From IMG/VR virus record IMGVR_UViG_3300021431_000084: a stretch of 64,000 nucleotides of DNA; one strand, written 5' to 3'. The stretch comes from a virus (lineage: Duplodnaviria; Caudoviricetes). Below the pieces are notes generated by a model. That model was not told the DNA's origin. It was given only the letters and a program-made list of their open reading frames with translations, and did no database searches. The translations under genes and the position numbers were made by a program. Of the stretch, positions 26,866 to 34,865 are shown piece after piece; position 1 is the stretch's first letter, and each line of letters begins with the position of its first letter.

Positions 26866-28365
26866 TTATCTCTCCACAGAAATTTGTGCATATCTATCAC
26901 TTAAGATAGTGGCAAGCATAGCCTCATAAGGTGTCTTATCAAGATTAGCAAGCAAAGTCTTAAATGTAGTTGCAGAGTGACCAGACAAAAGCTGTACGCC
27001 CTTTCTGTTGGCATCTGCATGGAATGTGTCAGACTGGCTGTTTACATTCCAGAAGATGACGTTAGGAATATCGTAACCGTAGTTAGCGAACTTTCTTCTC
27101 CAATCATCATAGAATGTACCAGAAGCACGAACACAGCCGTTAATCTGCATATCAGAGATAATTACGAGTGCCTTAGGAAGATCCTTAGCGGCGATACGGT
27201 TGTTAACCGCAGTCTCAAGAACTACTCTGAAAGCAGCATCAAGATCTGTACTTCCAGCCCAATCTGCATTAACCATGTTACGAACTCTATCACACACAGT
27301 AGCACCTGTTACAGTAACCAACTTAGGGTTAGTAGAGAAAGTCATGAACTTATTGTGGAAAGGGCCGGTCGCACGCTCTGCGAAGTACATCGCCAAGCCA
27401 ACAGAAGATGCCATAGGCAAGTTGTTGTTGCTAGTCATAGAACCAGATACGTCTGCCATAATGAGTACGTTTGTACCGTCCTCAACATAGTTAGGAAGTG
27501 CCTTCCACTGGGCCTCAAGTACATCGTCTACTGTGCAACGAGAGTTATACCAAAAGCCATAACCACCAGCATTAAGATACTTCTGGACAATATCATAAGG
27601 GAAAAGAGTATTAGCCTTAATCTCCTTCTTACCAGACTTTACATCATCGAGATACTCAACGAATCTTGCACCGTCCTTGCGTGAGAACAAGTTACGATAC
27701 TTAGTCATAGCATTAGAAGGAACCTTATCATATGCGATAGTGCTTAACTCATTTGCAGAGATAGCAATCTCAACAATCTTAAGATACTTACGAAGTGCCT
27801 TAAGAGGTACCTTAAATGAACGAACATTCTTAAATCCCAACTTCTGGGAAGTCAAAATGCCCAACTTACGAGTTGTAGGTGAAGATGCGTCAGGTGTCTT
27901 GATCCACTTCGCAAGAAGTGAAACAGGCTTTCCGGCAAGCATTGCTGCTCTATCCTTCTCGAACTGCTCCTTCATAACTCTCCACATATCGTTCTCACAC
28001 TTAGTTCCGATAAGGAAATACAAGTCATCAAAACGACCATAGTAACCAATAAGACCAATGTTAGGTCTTACAATCTCAGGATATCTATCTGCTGCATATG
28101 CAAGCAAAGTACGGAAAGTATCTCTCTCTCCGAGACCCTCACGAACATCTCTTCCGTAGAAGAGTATCTTTGCGGCGAGCTCCTTGTCCTCTGCGCAGGC
28201 TCTGTCGAAAAGCTCGTATCTACGAGCATCAGGAGCATTACGAAGTGCTCCAATAGTAGCGAAGAGGTCTACAAGACCCTCACCTGAAGATGACAAGCAC
28301 TTTCTACCATTAGCAGTAGAAGTCCAAGAAGTCTCTCTACCAAGTAAATCTGCGAAATTAGCCAT
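26866..28365 (-). CDS. DUF2828-family TROVE/Ro60-like protein with C-terminal vWA domain
   Basis: T.NG....SS....VDLF, LFY.RD.R.G.GER, SLLAKW, V.S.AM..Y...F; MIDAS DVSGSM, FMTFS, ISDMQ, IFWNV; strongly biased codon usage. Confidence 0.85.
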   Translation of the reverse strand: MANFADLLGRETSWTSTANGRKCLSSSGEGLVDLFATIGALRNAPDARRYELFDRACAEDKELAAKILFYGRDVREGLGERDTFRTLLAYAADRYPEIVRPNIGLIGYYGRFDDLYFLIGTKCENDMWRVMKEQFEKDRAAMLAGKPVSLLAKWIKTPDASSPTTRKLGILTSQKLGFKNVRSFKVPLKALRKYLKIVEIAISANELSTIAYDKVPSNAMTKYRNLFSRKDGARFVEYLDDVKSGKKEIKANTLFPYDIVQKYLNAGGYGFWYNSRCTVDDVLEAQWKALPNYVEDGTNVLIMADVSGSMTSNNNLPMASSVGLAMYFAERATGPFHNKFMTFSTNPKLVTVTGATVCDRVRNMVNADWAGSTDLDAAFRVVLETAVNNRIAAKDLPKALVIISDMQINGCVRASGTFYDDWRRKFANYGYDIPNVIFWNVNSQSDTFHADANRKGVQLLSGHSATTFKTLLANLDKTPYEAMLATILSDRYAQISVER

Positions 28366-28397
28366 TGTCTTTTCTCCTTTATCGCTTTAGTTTTTAG

Positions 28398-28485
28398 TGG
28401 CGCTGTGGGAGAGATTCGAACTCTCAGAGCTTTCACACCCGACGGTTTTCAAGACCGCGCCTCCTCCCCACTAAGGTACCACAGC
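28398..28485 (-). tRNA. tRNA-Ser(TGA)
   Basis: long variable arm, CCA. Confidence 0.9.
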
Positions 28486-28514
28486 GTATTTATTTCTTTA
28501 ACTTTTGTATATAT

Positions 28515-28543
28515 ATTATATCAAAAATTTTCTTGTTTGTCAA
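28515..28543 (-). promoter_or_regulatory. sigmaA promoter for tRNA-Ser plus DUF2828 gene
   Basis: TTGACA-17-TATAAT. Confidence 0.8.
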
Positions 28544-28738
28544 TTAAAATTTTTTAGACAAATAAAAAATGTAGGTTTTCCGCACTTCCGTCAATTTCCA
28601 TGCTTGGTGCTTACCCACTATTGGAGATAACTCCTCAACGCGACCTACAAACCCTTTGACTCTATGCCGGTTGTGTTCAGATACCGGAAAACTTTTTGGG
28701 GACTTTGTTTTTATGACGTTGCTCCAACCCTCGTCAAG

Positions 28739-28813
28739 TGGTGCTTGCAGCAGGAATTGAACCCGCACCCTCTGTTCCGTAGACAGAAAGTCTATCCTTT
28801 AGCCTATGCAAGC
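28739..28813 (-). tRNA. tRNA-Arg(ACG)
   Basis: cloverleaf, CCA. Confidence 0.9.
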
Positions 28814-28972
28814 ATTATTTTCTTTTTTCAACTGATGTTTGGCTTCTTCAAGCCAATCACAATATTGAGTGAAAGAACATTCTGAATAAAAACAATTTGG
28901 TGAGTGTCTACGAGAACACATACAACAATGTTTTGTATAAACTATATCTTGAGCCTCCATAAACACTCTCCT

Positions 28973-29698
28973 TTATGCGTAAATAACTGTTTTATCTTCA
29001 AGGCGAATTGCCGCAAGCTTTCCTCCTGCGAATACACACCCACAATCTATATTGATACTATGTTCTCTGAAATATACATCAGACTTATTAGTATCATTCC
29101 ATACAAATTGTGTAGGTGTATGCCCATGAATAAGAATTTCCTCATGCTCAGGCACATAATCATTGGTTAATACATTCGTATAATTGTTAATATCACGATA
29201 CCAAAGAATATCATCACGATTAAGATTAGGACCATACCAAGCATGAGCAATTATATAATCTTGTTTATCTTTAATACTAACCTTTTTATATAAAGGCAAA
29301 GAAGAAAACCAATCTACTATTGGTTTTACTGAAGCAACTGTATCAAACCCAGCTTCAGACATATAAGACACAAAGTCATAAGTACAATCAAGAGCTGAAA
29401 TATCAAAATCGTCCATACTTTGTATAGATGGAGAACACCAACCTTTTAAAAATCTACGATAACAACGATTATAATCATTGATTATATTGTCCTCATGATT
29501 TCCACATATCATTTGGTATTTACCATCTTCGGTGACATGCTCCATGGCCCATTGAATCATTTTATATGACTCAACTCCACGGTCAATAATATCACCTATC
29601 AAAATGATACAATCATCTGGTTCAATATCAGGCATTGATAAGAGTTTCATAAATCTTGTATAACAACCATGAATATCACCAACAACCCAAGTAGCCAT
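28973..29698 (-). CDS. PPP-family Ser/Thr phosphatase-like metallophosphoesterase
   Basis: GDIHG, GDIIDRG, GNHE, HGHTP, IDCG; start trimmed to MATW. Confidence 0.9.
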   Translation of the reverse strand: MATWVVGDIHGCYTRFMKLLSMPDIEPDDCIILIGDIIDRGVESYKMIQWAMEHVTEDGKYQMICGNHEDNIINDYNRCYRRFLKGWCSPSIQSMDDFDISALDCTYDFVSYMSEAGFDTVASVKPIVDWFSSLPLYKKVSIKDKQDYIIAHAWYGPNLNRDDILWYRDINNYTNVLTNDYVPEHEEILIHGHTPTQFVWNDTNKSDVYFREHSINIDCGCVFAGGKLAAIRLEDKTVIYA

Positions 29699-29721
29699 AA
29701 ACATATCTCCTTTCTTTAATT

Positions 29722-29799
29722 TGGAGCTAATGGTGGGATTCGAACCCACGAAACAACAGTTTTGCAAACTGAGGGCTTAAACCACTTACCTACATTAGC
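29722..29799 (-). tRNA. tRNA-Cys(GCA)
   Basis: cloverleaf, U73, CCA. Confidence 0.9.
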
Positions 29800-29805
29800 A
29801 TTTAT

Positions 29806-29925
29806 TGGTGGAAACTGTTGGATTCGAACCAACTCCGCTGCTCCCCAAGTGCATAGAAAACAAGTTGCTGTCTTAATCATAAACATGATCGCGTCTTAAG
29901 CGTGCTACCTTTACACCAAGTTCCC
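29806..29925 (-). ncRNA. tRNA-like RNA whose anticodon arm is replaced by an ACAGCAA-containing domain
   Basis: GGGAACT/AGTTTCC-A-CCA acceptor, D and T arms intact; insert AGACGC..ACAGCAA..TGCACT. Confidence 0.7.
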
Positions 29926-29940
29926 ATATATTGTTTTAGT

Positions 29941-30017
29941 TGGTGCGTACACTTGGACTTGAACCGAGGACCTCTCGCTTATCAGACGAGTGCTCTAACC
30001 TACTGAGCTATGCACGC
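29941..30017 (-). tRNA. tRNA-Ile(GAT)
   Basis: cloverleaf, CCA. Confidence 0.9.
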
Positions 30018-30130
30018 ATAATGATTCAGTAACCACTCGCGTCCCACCACCCTGTTTCATGTGCCAAAGCCTTGTCCGTTACTGAAAGGTACTGGTTTGG
30101 TTTAACCTCCTGAAGCCAGTAAAAGGGAGG

Positions 30131-30206
30131 TGGAGCTTCCAGTGGGGCACGATCCCACGACCTAGTGATTACTAATCACTCGCTCTGCCAACTGAGCTAC
30201 GGAAGC
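30131..30206 (-). tRNA. tRNA-Thr(AGT)
   Basis: loop TTAGTAA, CCA. Confidence 0.9.
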
Positions 30207-30212
30207 ATTAGG

Positions 30213-30288
30213 TGGGGCTGGAGGTGAGACTTGAACTCACAACTTGAAACTTACAGGGTTCCCGCTCTACCATTGGAGCTACTCCAGC
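30213..30288 (-). tRNA. tRNA-Thr(TGT)
   Basis: loop CCTGTAA (C33), CCA. Confidence 0.85.
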
Positions 30289-30293
30289 GTGTA

Positions 30294-30384
30294 AATGACC
30301 CCAGACGCGGTTTCTTCAAAACCGCTTAAAAAACAATGGCGAAGAAAAAATATTTAATCAAGATTGTTTTGCGGTTGAGGTCAT
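30294..30384 (-). ncRNA. Y-RNA-like RNA D
   Basis: TGACCTCAACCGCAAA...GGGGTCATT; hairpin GCGGTT-TTGAAGA-AACCGC. Confidence 0.65.
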
Positions 30385-30391
30385 ATATAAA

Positions 30392-30569
30392 AATGACTGA
30401 TAGGGACTACTTTCTCAGATTTCTGGCGAGTCTACCCCAGTGTGCCTTTTCTGGATAAAAGTTTCATAGGAATAATTTTAGCACTTTTATCAGTCTGCAT
30501 TTCCCATATTTGCATAGTAGAATTTTATACTATAAACCATTTTAATAGAATTTGCAGTTAATCAGTCAC
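30392..30569 (-). ncRNA. Y-RNA-like RNA E (long cargo)
   Basis: TGACTGATTAACTGCAAA...ATCAGTCATT with several internal hairpins. Confidence 0.6.
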
Positions 30570-30574
30570 AAAAA

Positions 30575-30649
30575 TGGCGGTGATACGGGGAATTGAACCC
30601 CGGTCTCTCGGCTGACAACCGAGTATGATTACCACTATACCATACCACC
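30575..30649 (-). tRNA. tRNA-Asp(GTC)
   Basis: cloverleaf, CCA. Confidence 0.9.
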
Positions 30650-30860
30650 GTATAAATGCCCCGTAATATAAATCTGGTATACCAAATATAATATCTACGA
30701 GGACTTTAGGAAATTGAGTTACCTATGTACTCCGATTACGCAACGTGAATTCCCTATACGCCTGCGACATCATTTTCACACAGTACAAACTGGTCGGTTG
30801 ATGTTCACCGCTAAATTGCTAAGTTTAATGACATTGGCGGGTCAATATAATTAAAATAAA

Positions 30861-31577
30861 TTATATACTATTCCATTCTTCATCACTATAAGAGTTTATC
30901 TCTTTTTTAGTGCGAGGTAAATCAAGTTTATCACAATATTTTCTAATAGCATTATCAGAACAATTAAATTGTTTACCTATTGATGTAAAACTCTGTTTTC
31001 GTATTAACTCTTTTAACACTTCTCTTGACATAGGAGCCTCTTCAGCTCTTGCTTTACCAGCACAACTTAAACATCTTATACTGTTTTTGTCAATTTCTTT
31101 TCCACAATCTATACAATAAGTTCTCTTATCTTCTTTTTTAAGATTTTTAGAACCGGTTGTAGGTAATTGCTGATTACAATTAGGACAAACCCATCTGAGA
31201 TTTTCTAATCTATCATCATTGTTTATACCATTTATATGGTCTAAAATAAGAGTTAATTCTTTTCCTTGCCATATAGGTTCTAAATTACAAATAGAACATT
31301 TGTATTCAGAATATTGACCTTTAAGATAAAACTTTCGTAATGTACTTTGGTCAGCCGTAGAATTTAGAACAAAAACATTTTCTTCTGTTCTTTTTATTCC
31401 GGGTTTTTTAACCTTTAAATTAGATACATCTATTTCTTCTTCTTCTATTCTTTTTCTTAAAGAATTATAGCTATCTCCACTTGCTGATATACCTAATTTA
31501 CGCAAGACATCTTTATAAGAAGAACTATTTTTTATTATGTTTTGCAATTCCTCTTTTGAATATTGACTTAACTTCAT
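30861..31577 (-). CDS. HNH homing-type endonuclease
   Basis: C..C....W....L.LDHING..ND.RLENLR.VCPNC; C-terminal Zn finger and HTH. Confidence 0.9.
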   Translation of the reverse strand: MKLSQYSKEELQNIIKNSSSYKDVLRKLGISASGDSYNSLRKRIEEEEIDVSNLKVKKPGIKRTEENVFVLNSTADQSTLRKFYLKGQYSEYKCSICNLEPIWQGKELTLILDHINGINNDDRLENLRWVCPNCNQQLPTTGSKNLKKEDKRTYCIDCGKEIDKNSIRCLSCAGKARAEEAPMSREVLKELIRKQSFTSIGKQFNCSDNAIRKYCDKLDLPRTKKEINSYSDEEWNSI

Positions 31578-31666
31578 TTTATTTTTCTCCTTTTCATATT
31601 ATTCTCTAATATATTATGAAAATTCGAACTAAAGTTTTTGAAGTTTTTGTCCAAAAATTGGTTCGA

Positions 31667-31744
31667 TGGTGACGCGTAGGGGGCTTGAACCCCTAATCTT
31701 CGGGTTGAAGGCCCGATGTGTTGGACCAGTTCCACTAACGCGCC
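31667..31744 (-). tRNA. tRNA-Glu(TTC)
   Basis: cloverleaf, CCA. Confidence 0.9.
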
Positions 31745-31754
31745 ATGTAAATGG

Positions 31755-31960
31755 CTTTAAGGTCAGCCAACCACACATCATTTGCCTTAAAGTATTCAGA
31801 TTTTGTTATCTGGTCCTGTCGGGTTGTTTAAAGTCATTATTCATACTCTACCTGTCCCGACTTACAGACCACCCAAAGTGTTAGCCGTTGAATAATGACT
31901 GTATAAGTTACTGGCTTATTTAACGTCCACGACCTTTAGAAACTTATTAGAAGGACAAAC
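31755..31960 (-). ncRNA. pseudoknotted ~200-nt RNA at 5' end of tRNA operon
   Basis: interleaved stems GTCATTATTCA/TGAATAATGAC and GTCGGG/CCCGAC, closing AAGGTC/GACCTT; promoter at 31995-32023. Confidence 0.6.
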
Positions 31961-32049
31961 GCTTTATCATATCTCTTAACTTTCTTACATATATATTATA
32001 TCATATTTTTTGAAAGTTGTCAATTAAGATTTTTTGGTTAAGAATTTTT

Positions 32050-32220
32050 ATCGGCTCACACGAGGCCAGGGGGATTTGAACCCCAATCCGTTCCCATTTA
32101 AAACTGGTTCCTCTTCCGGATGAAGTGAAAGGTACTTCGCTAACGCAATACTTCTCTTTGGCTAAAGCTGATTACTCGGATGCTCCCCTGATGCATCAAT
32201 CTGGCTTCCTGTCAGCCGAT
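32050..32220 (-). ncRNA. tRNA/tmRNA-like ~170-nt RNA
   Basis: ATCGGCT/AGCCGAT and GCCAG/CTGGC stems, GGGG-TTCAAAT-CCCC T-arm; own promoter at 32245-32273. Confidence 0.6.
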
Positions 32221-32307
32221 AACCTTCTTAACTTTTGTATATATATTATAACATAAAAATTTTTCTTTGTCAAAGAAGATTTTTTTAGGGGTGTATAAGT
32301 ATATAAA

Positions 32308-33102
32308 TTATTCTAATAACTCTTTTAACATCTTTGCCCTAAGAGGATTACGCAATTTTCTATATGCTCTCAATTCTATCTGTCTAATACGCTCCTCACA
32401 TCTATGAAAAGTTTTAGCTATTTCCGCAACGGATTTCTCCTCAAAAAAGTGCATTTCTAATATCTGTGCTTCTCTATCTGAGAGAGAACCAAATATCTTC
32501 TTGATCCTGTCAATGCGATCCGCTTCCTCAGCCGCCGCACTTGGAGATTCAATAGAAGTATCTTCAATTAATGCATCAAAGCCATCATCTTCATCTTCAT
32601 TAATTTGAGCATTTAAACTTGAAGGCTCATACATTAAAATCATCAATTCCTTCACCTTATCAAGTCCAAATTTAGTCTTTTCTGCTATTTCCTCTTCTTT
32701 TGGTTCTCTCTGCAAAGTTGCATATAACTCTCTTTTGGCGTCTTTAATCTTCTTCAAGTCAGCACTTACATTTTCCGGTCTGGTAATCATATGTCCTTGT
32801 TCATATAAAGCCCTTGTTATTCTCTGTCTTATCCACCAAGTAGCATGTGTACTAAACCTGCATCCTCTTTCAGGATTGTATCTCTTTGCCGCCTCAATGA
32901 GACCTATATTTCCCTCTTGGATTAAATCCAAAAGGGAAAGACCTCTATTCATAAACTTCTTTGCAATAGAAACGACCAATCTCAAGTTACTATTTATTAA
33001 CTTTTCTGTATCTCCTGTATTTGCAGCTTCTACCTCTTCACCAAAAGTAAGAAGAGGAAACTGAGAAATTTCTTTAAGATACATCTGAACTGAATCGTCC
33101 AT
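32308..33102 (-). CDS. sigma-70 family RNA polymerase sigma factor (RpoD-like, regions 1.2-4)
   Basis: DSV.MYL.EI, NLRLVVSIAK, DLIQEGNIGL, RFST.ATWWIRQ, ERIRQIE..A..KLR. Confidence 0.95.
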   Translation of the reverse strand: MDDSVQMYLKEISQFPLLTFGEEVEAANTGDTEKLINSNLRLVVSIAKKFMNRGLSLLDLIQEGNIGLIEAAKRYNPERGCRFSTHATWWIRQRITRALYEQGHMITRPENVSADLKKIKDAKRELYATLQREPKEEEIAEKTKFGLDKVKELMILMYEPSSLNAQINEDEDDGFDALIEDTSIESPSAAAEEADRIDRIKKIFGSLSDREAQILEMHFFEEKSVAEIAKTFHRCEERIRQIELRAYRKLRNPLRAKMLKELLE

Positions 33103-33177
33103 TCAATTTCTCCTTTATTTCATTCTATGTTTATATTATATCATAAATAATAATACTTGTCAAGAGAAATTTTTTCA

Positions 33178-33507
33178 TCAAAGACCAAACTTTGCAAGCA
33201 TATTTGCCAAATTATCCAGTTCTTCCTGAGAAGGCTCTGTCGGAGTTGGTGCGGTCGTTGGCTTGGGTTCCTCTTCCCACGGCGGTGTTTCACTTGAAGT
33301 AACAAGATTAGATGTCGCTGGCGCGGCCGGGGTCGCCCCAACCATGTTCTTAACTCCGGTGAGCGAGATCGCGATCTGGACCTTTTCACCTCCATCGTCT
33401 GCCCATACATAAATCTTCTTGTCTTGGGTCGTGATGTATGCATCACCGAATGCCGCAACAATCTGCTTTTCTACTGATTCTTTTGCTTGACTGAACTTAA
33501 CTGCCAT
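33178..33507 (-). CDS. hypothetical protein with Pro-rich linker
   Basis: start trimmed to MAVKF. Confidence 0.7.
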   Translation of the reverse strand: MAVKFSQAKESVEKQIVAAFGDAYITTQDKKIYVWADDGGEKVQIAISLTGVKNMVGATPAAPATSNLVTSSETPPWEEEPKPTTAPTPTEPSQEELDNLANMLAKFGL

Positions 33508-34865
33508 TATTCTTCTCCTCTCTCTCGCATAGTGTCTCCATAACAATTAGTACATAACCACATACCATTTACCTCATACATTGATTCTGAATCATCGTCG
33601 AACCACTGATTACAACCTTCACAATATGTATGGTGTTCCATCCAACAATACTCACACCAATCATCGCCATTGTCATCAGTCCATCTTTCATCTATATCAG
33701 TTCGCTCGCCGCAGTTGCAACAATAGAAATAATGACTATCATAGTCCGCACATTTATCACAGAACATATATTCTGATTCTGTTATATATTCCTCGTTACA
33801 GCTTAAACATTTAACCTCACTTCCAATTATAAACTTGGTATTGGGGCTAACCCACAAATATTTATTAAATGTATAAACTGGATCATAACAGGTTGACTTT
33901 AACAAATCGTTATAATGTAGGCAACAACCATCATGACAAGTATCTACAACCAACTTCTTAATAGACTTTAACTTATGTCCTACTGGTATATAAGGATCAT
34001 CAAGATAAATCTCTCCTACTTCAGTATCAACAGAAGTAATCTTCTTTGAACGCCACAAGTTCTCCCAAGTTCCGAATGGGCATACCTTTCTTACAATATC
34101 GAGGCCAACTGATGATGCAAACGGGTACTGGCGGCCCGCAAACATCATATCTTCTTTGTCAGAAAAGAAGAGCAATACTCTCCACTTCTTATTATTCCAA
34201 GGTACATCACTTGGAAAACGAGGAAGTTTGGTGTTTTCATCTGACCTCAAATAGCAAACAATTGTACAAGCGTCACCCATGTATGAAAGATTTCCAGCCC
34301 TATATTCTCCATCAAGAGCATGACAAGAACGCCAGCCATGGTCATTTTCACTTGTACTCAAAAAGTCAAGAGGATGAACTGAAAAACAAAGAGTACCCTC
34401 AACTTTATTCAACTGAATAATTCTACTTGCTTCATTTATGAGATGTTCCCTCAACTCCTTATCTTTAACAAAGTGCTTAAAACATCTCATAAGTTTTGTT
34501 CCTTCCTGCACTTTCTGGTCTCCCTTATCGGTAGGAATAACTAAATCTGACCTTACTACTCTATTTTCAAAAAACCCTTTAACTCCATTAGCTTCCAGAA
34601 AATCATGTAATTCTAAAAGTCTAAAGCAATTTACTCTATTAAGATAATCAGTAAAATACTTTTCCTGAGCCTTATCATTTAAAGTAATTGCAACCTTTTC
34701 AGGATGTGTCCAAATAAGTCCACCAAAAGCTTCAATAAATTTCTGCTTATTTCGCTGCCACTTTTCAAATAAATCATCGGAATTTATACTTCCCTCATAA
34801 TCTTGAGAATAAGCAATAACCTTATTAAACTGCTCTTGGATTTCCTTATATTCTTCTTTAATCAT
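33507..34865 (-). CDS. conserved phage protein (S.HPLD..SEN...W.SC) with Cys-rich Zn-finger tail
   Basis: paralog of 38130-39914. Confidence 0.75.
   Translation of the reverse strand: MIKEEYKEIQEQFNKVIAYSQDYEGSINSDDLFEKWQRNKQKFIEAFGGLIWTHPEKVAITLNDKAQEKYFTDYLNRVNCFRLLELHDFLEANGVKGFFENRVVRSDLVIPTDKGDQKVQEGTKLMRCFKHFVKDKELREHLINEASRIIQLNKVEGTLCFSVHPLDFLSTSENDHGWRSCHALDGEYRAGNLSYMGDACTIVCYLRSDENTKLPRFPSDVPWNNKKWRVLLFFSDKEDMMFAGRQYPFASSVGLDIVRKVCPFGTWENLWRSKKITSVDTEVGEIYLDDPYIPVGHKLKSIKKLVVDTCHDGCCLHYNDLLKSTCYDPVYTFNKYLWVSPNTKFIIGSEVKCLSCNEEYITESEYMFCDKCADYDSHYFYCCNCGERTDIDERWTDDNGDDWCEYCWMEHHTYCEGCNQWFDDDSESMYEVNGMWLCTNCYGDTMRERGEE

Noticed and set aside
30085-30130. HDV-like theta ribozyme 3' of tRNA-Thr
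   Set aside because: Only a simple pseudoknot is visible, with no G1 start or nested P1.1/P3 layout
21292-31744. Stop-codon recoding or suppressor tRNAs
   Set aside because: No CTA, TTA or TCA anticodons; ORFs are intact under code 11 and use TAG and TGA as stops
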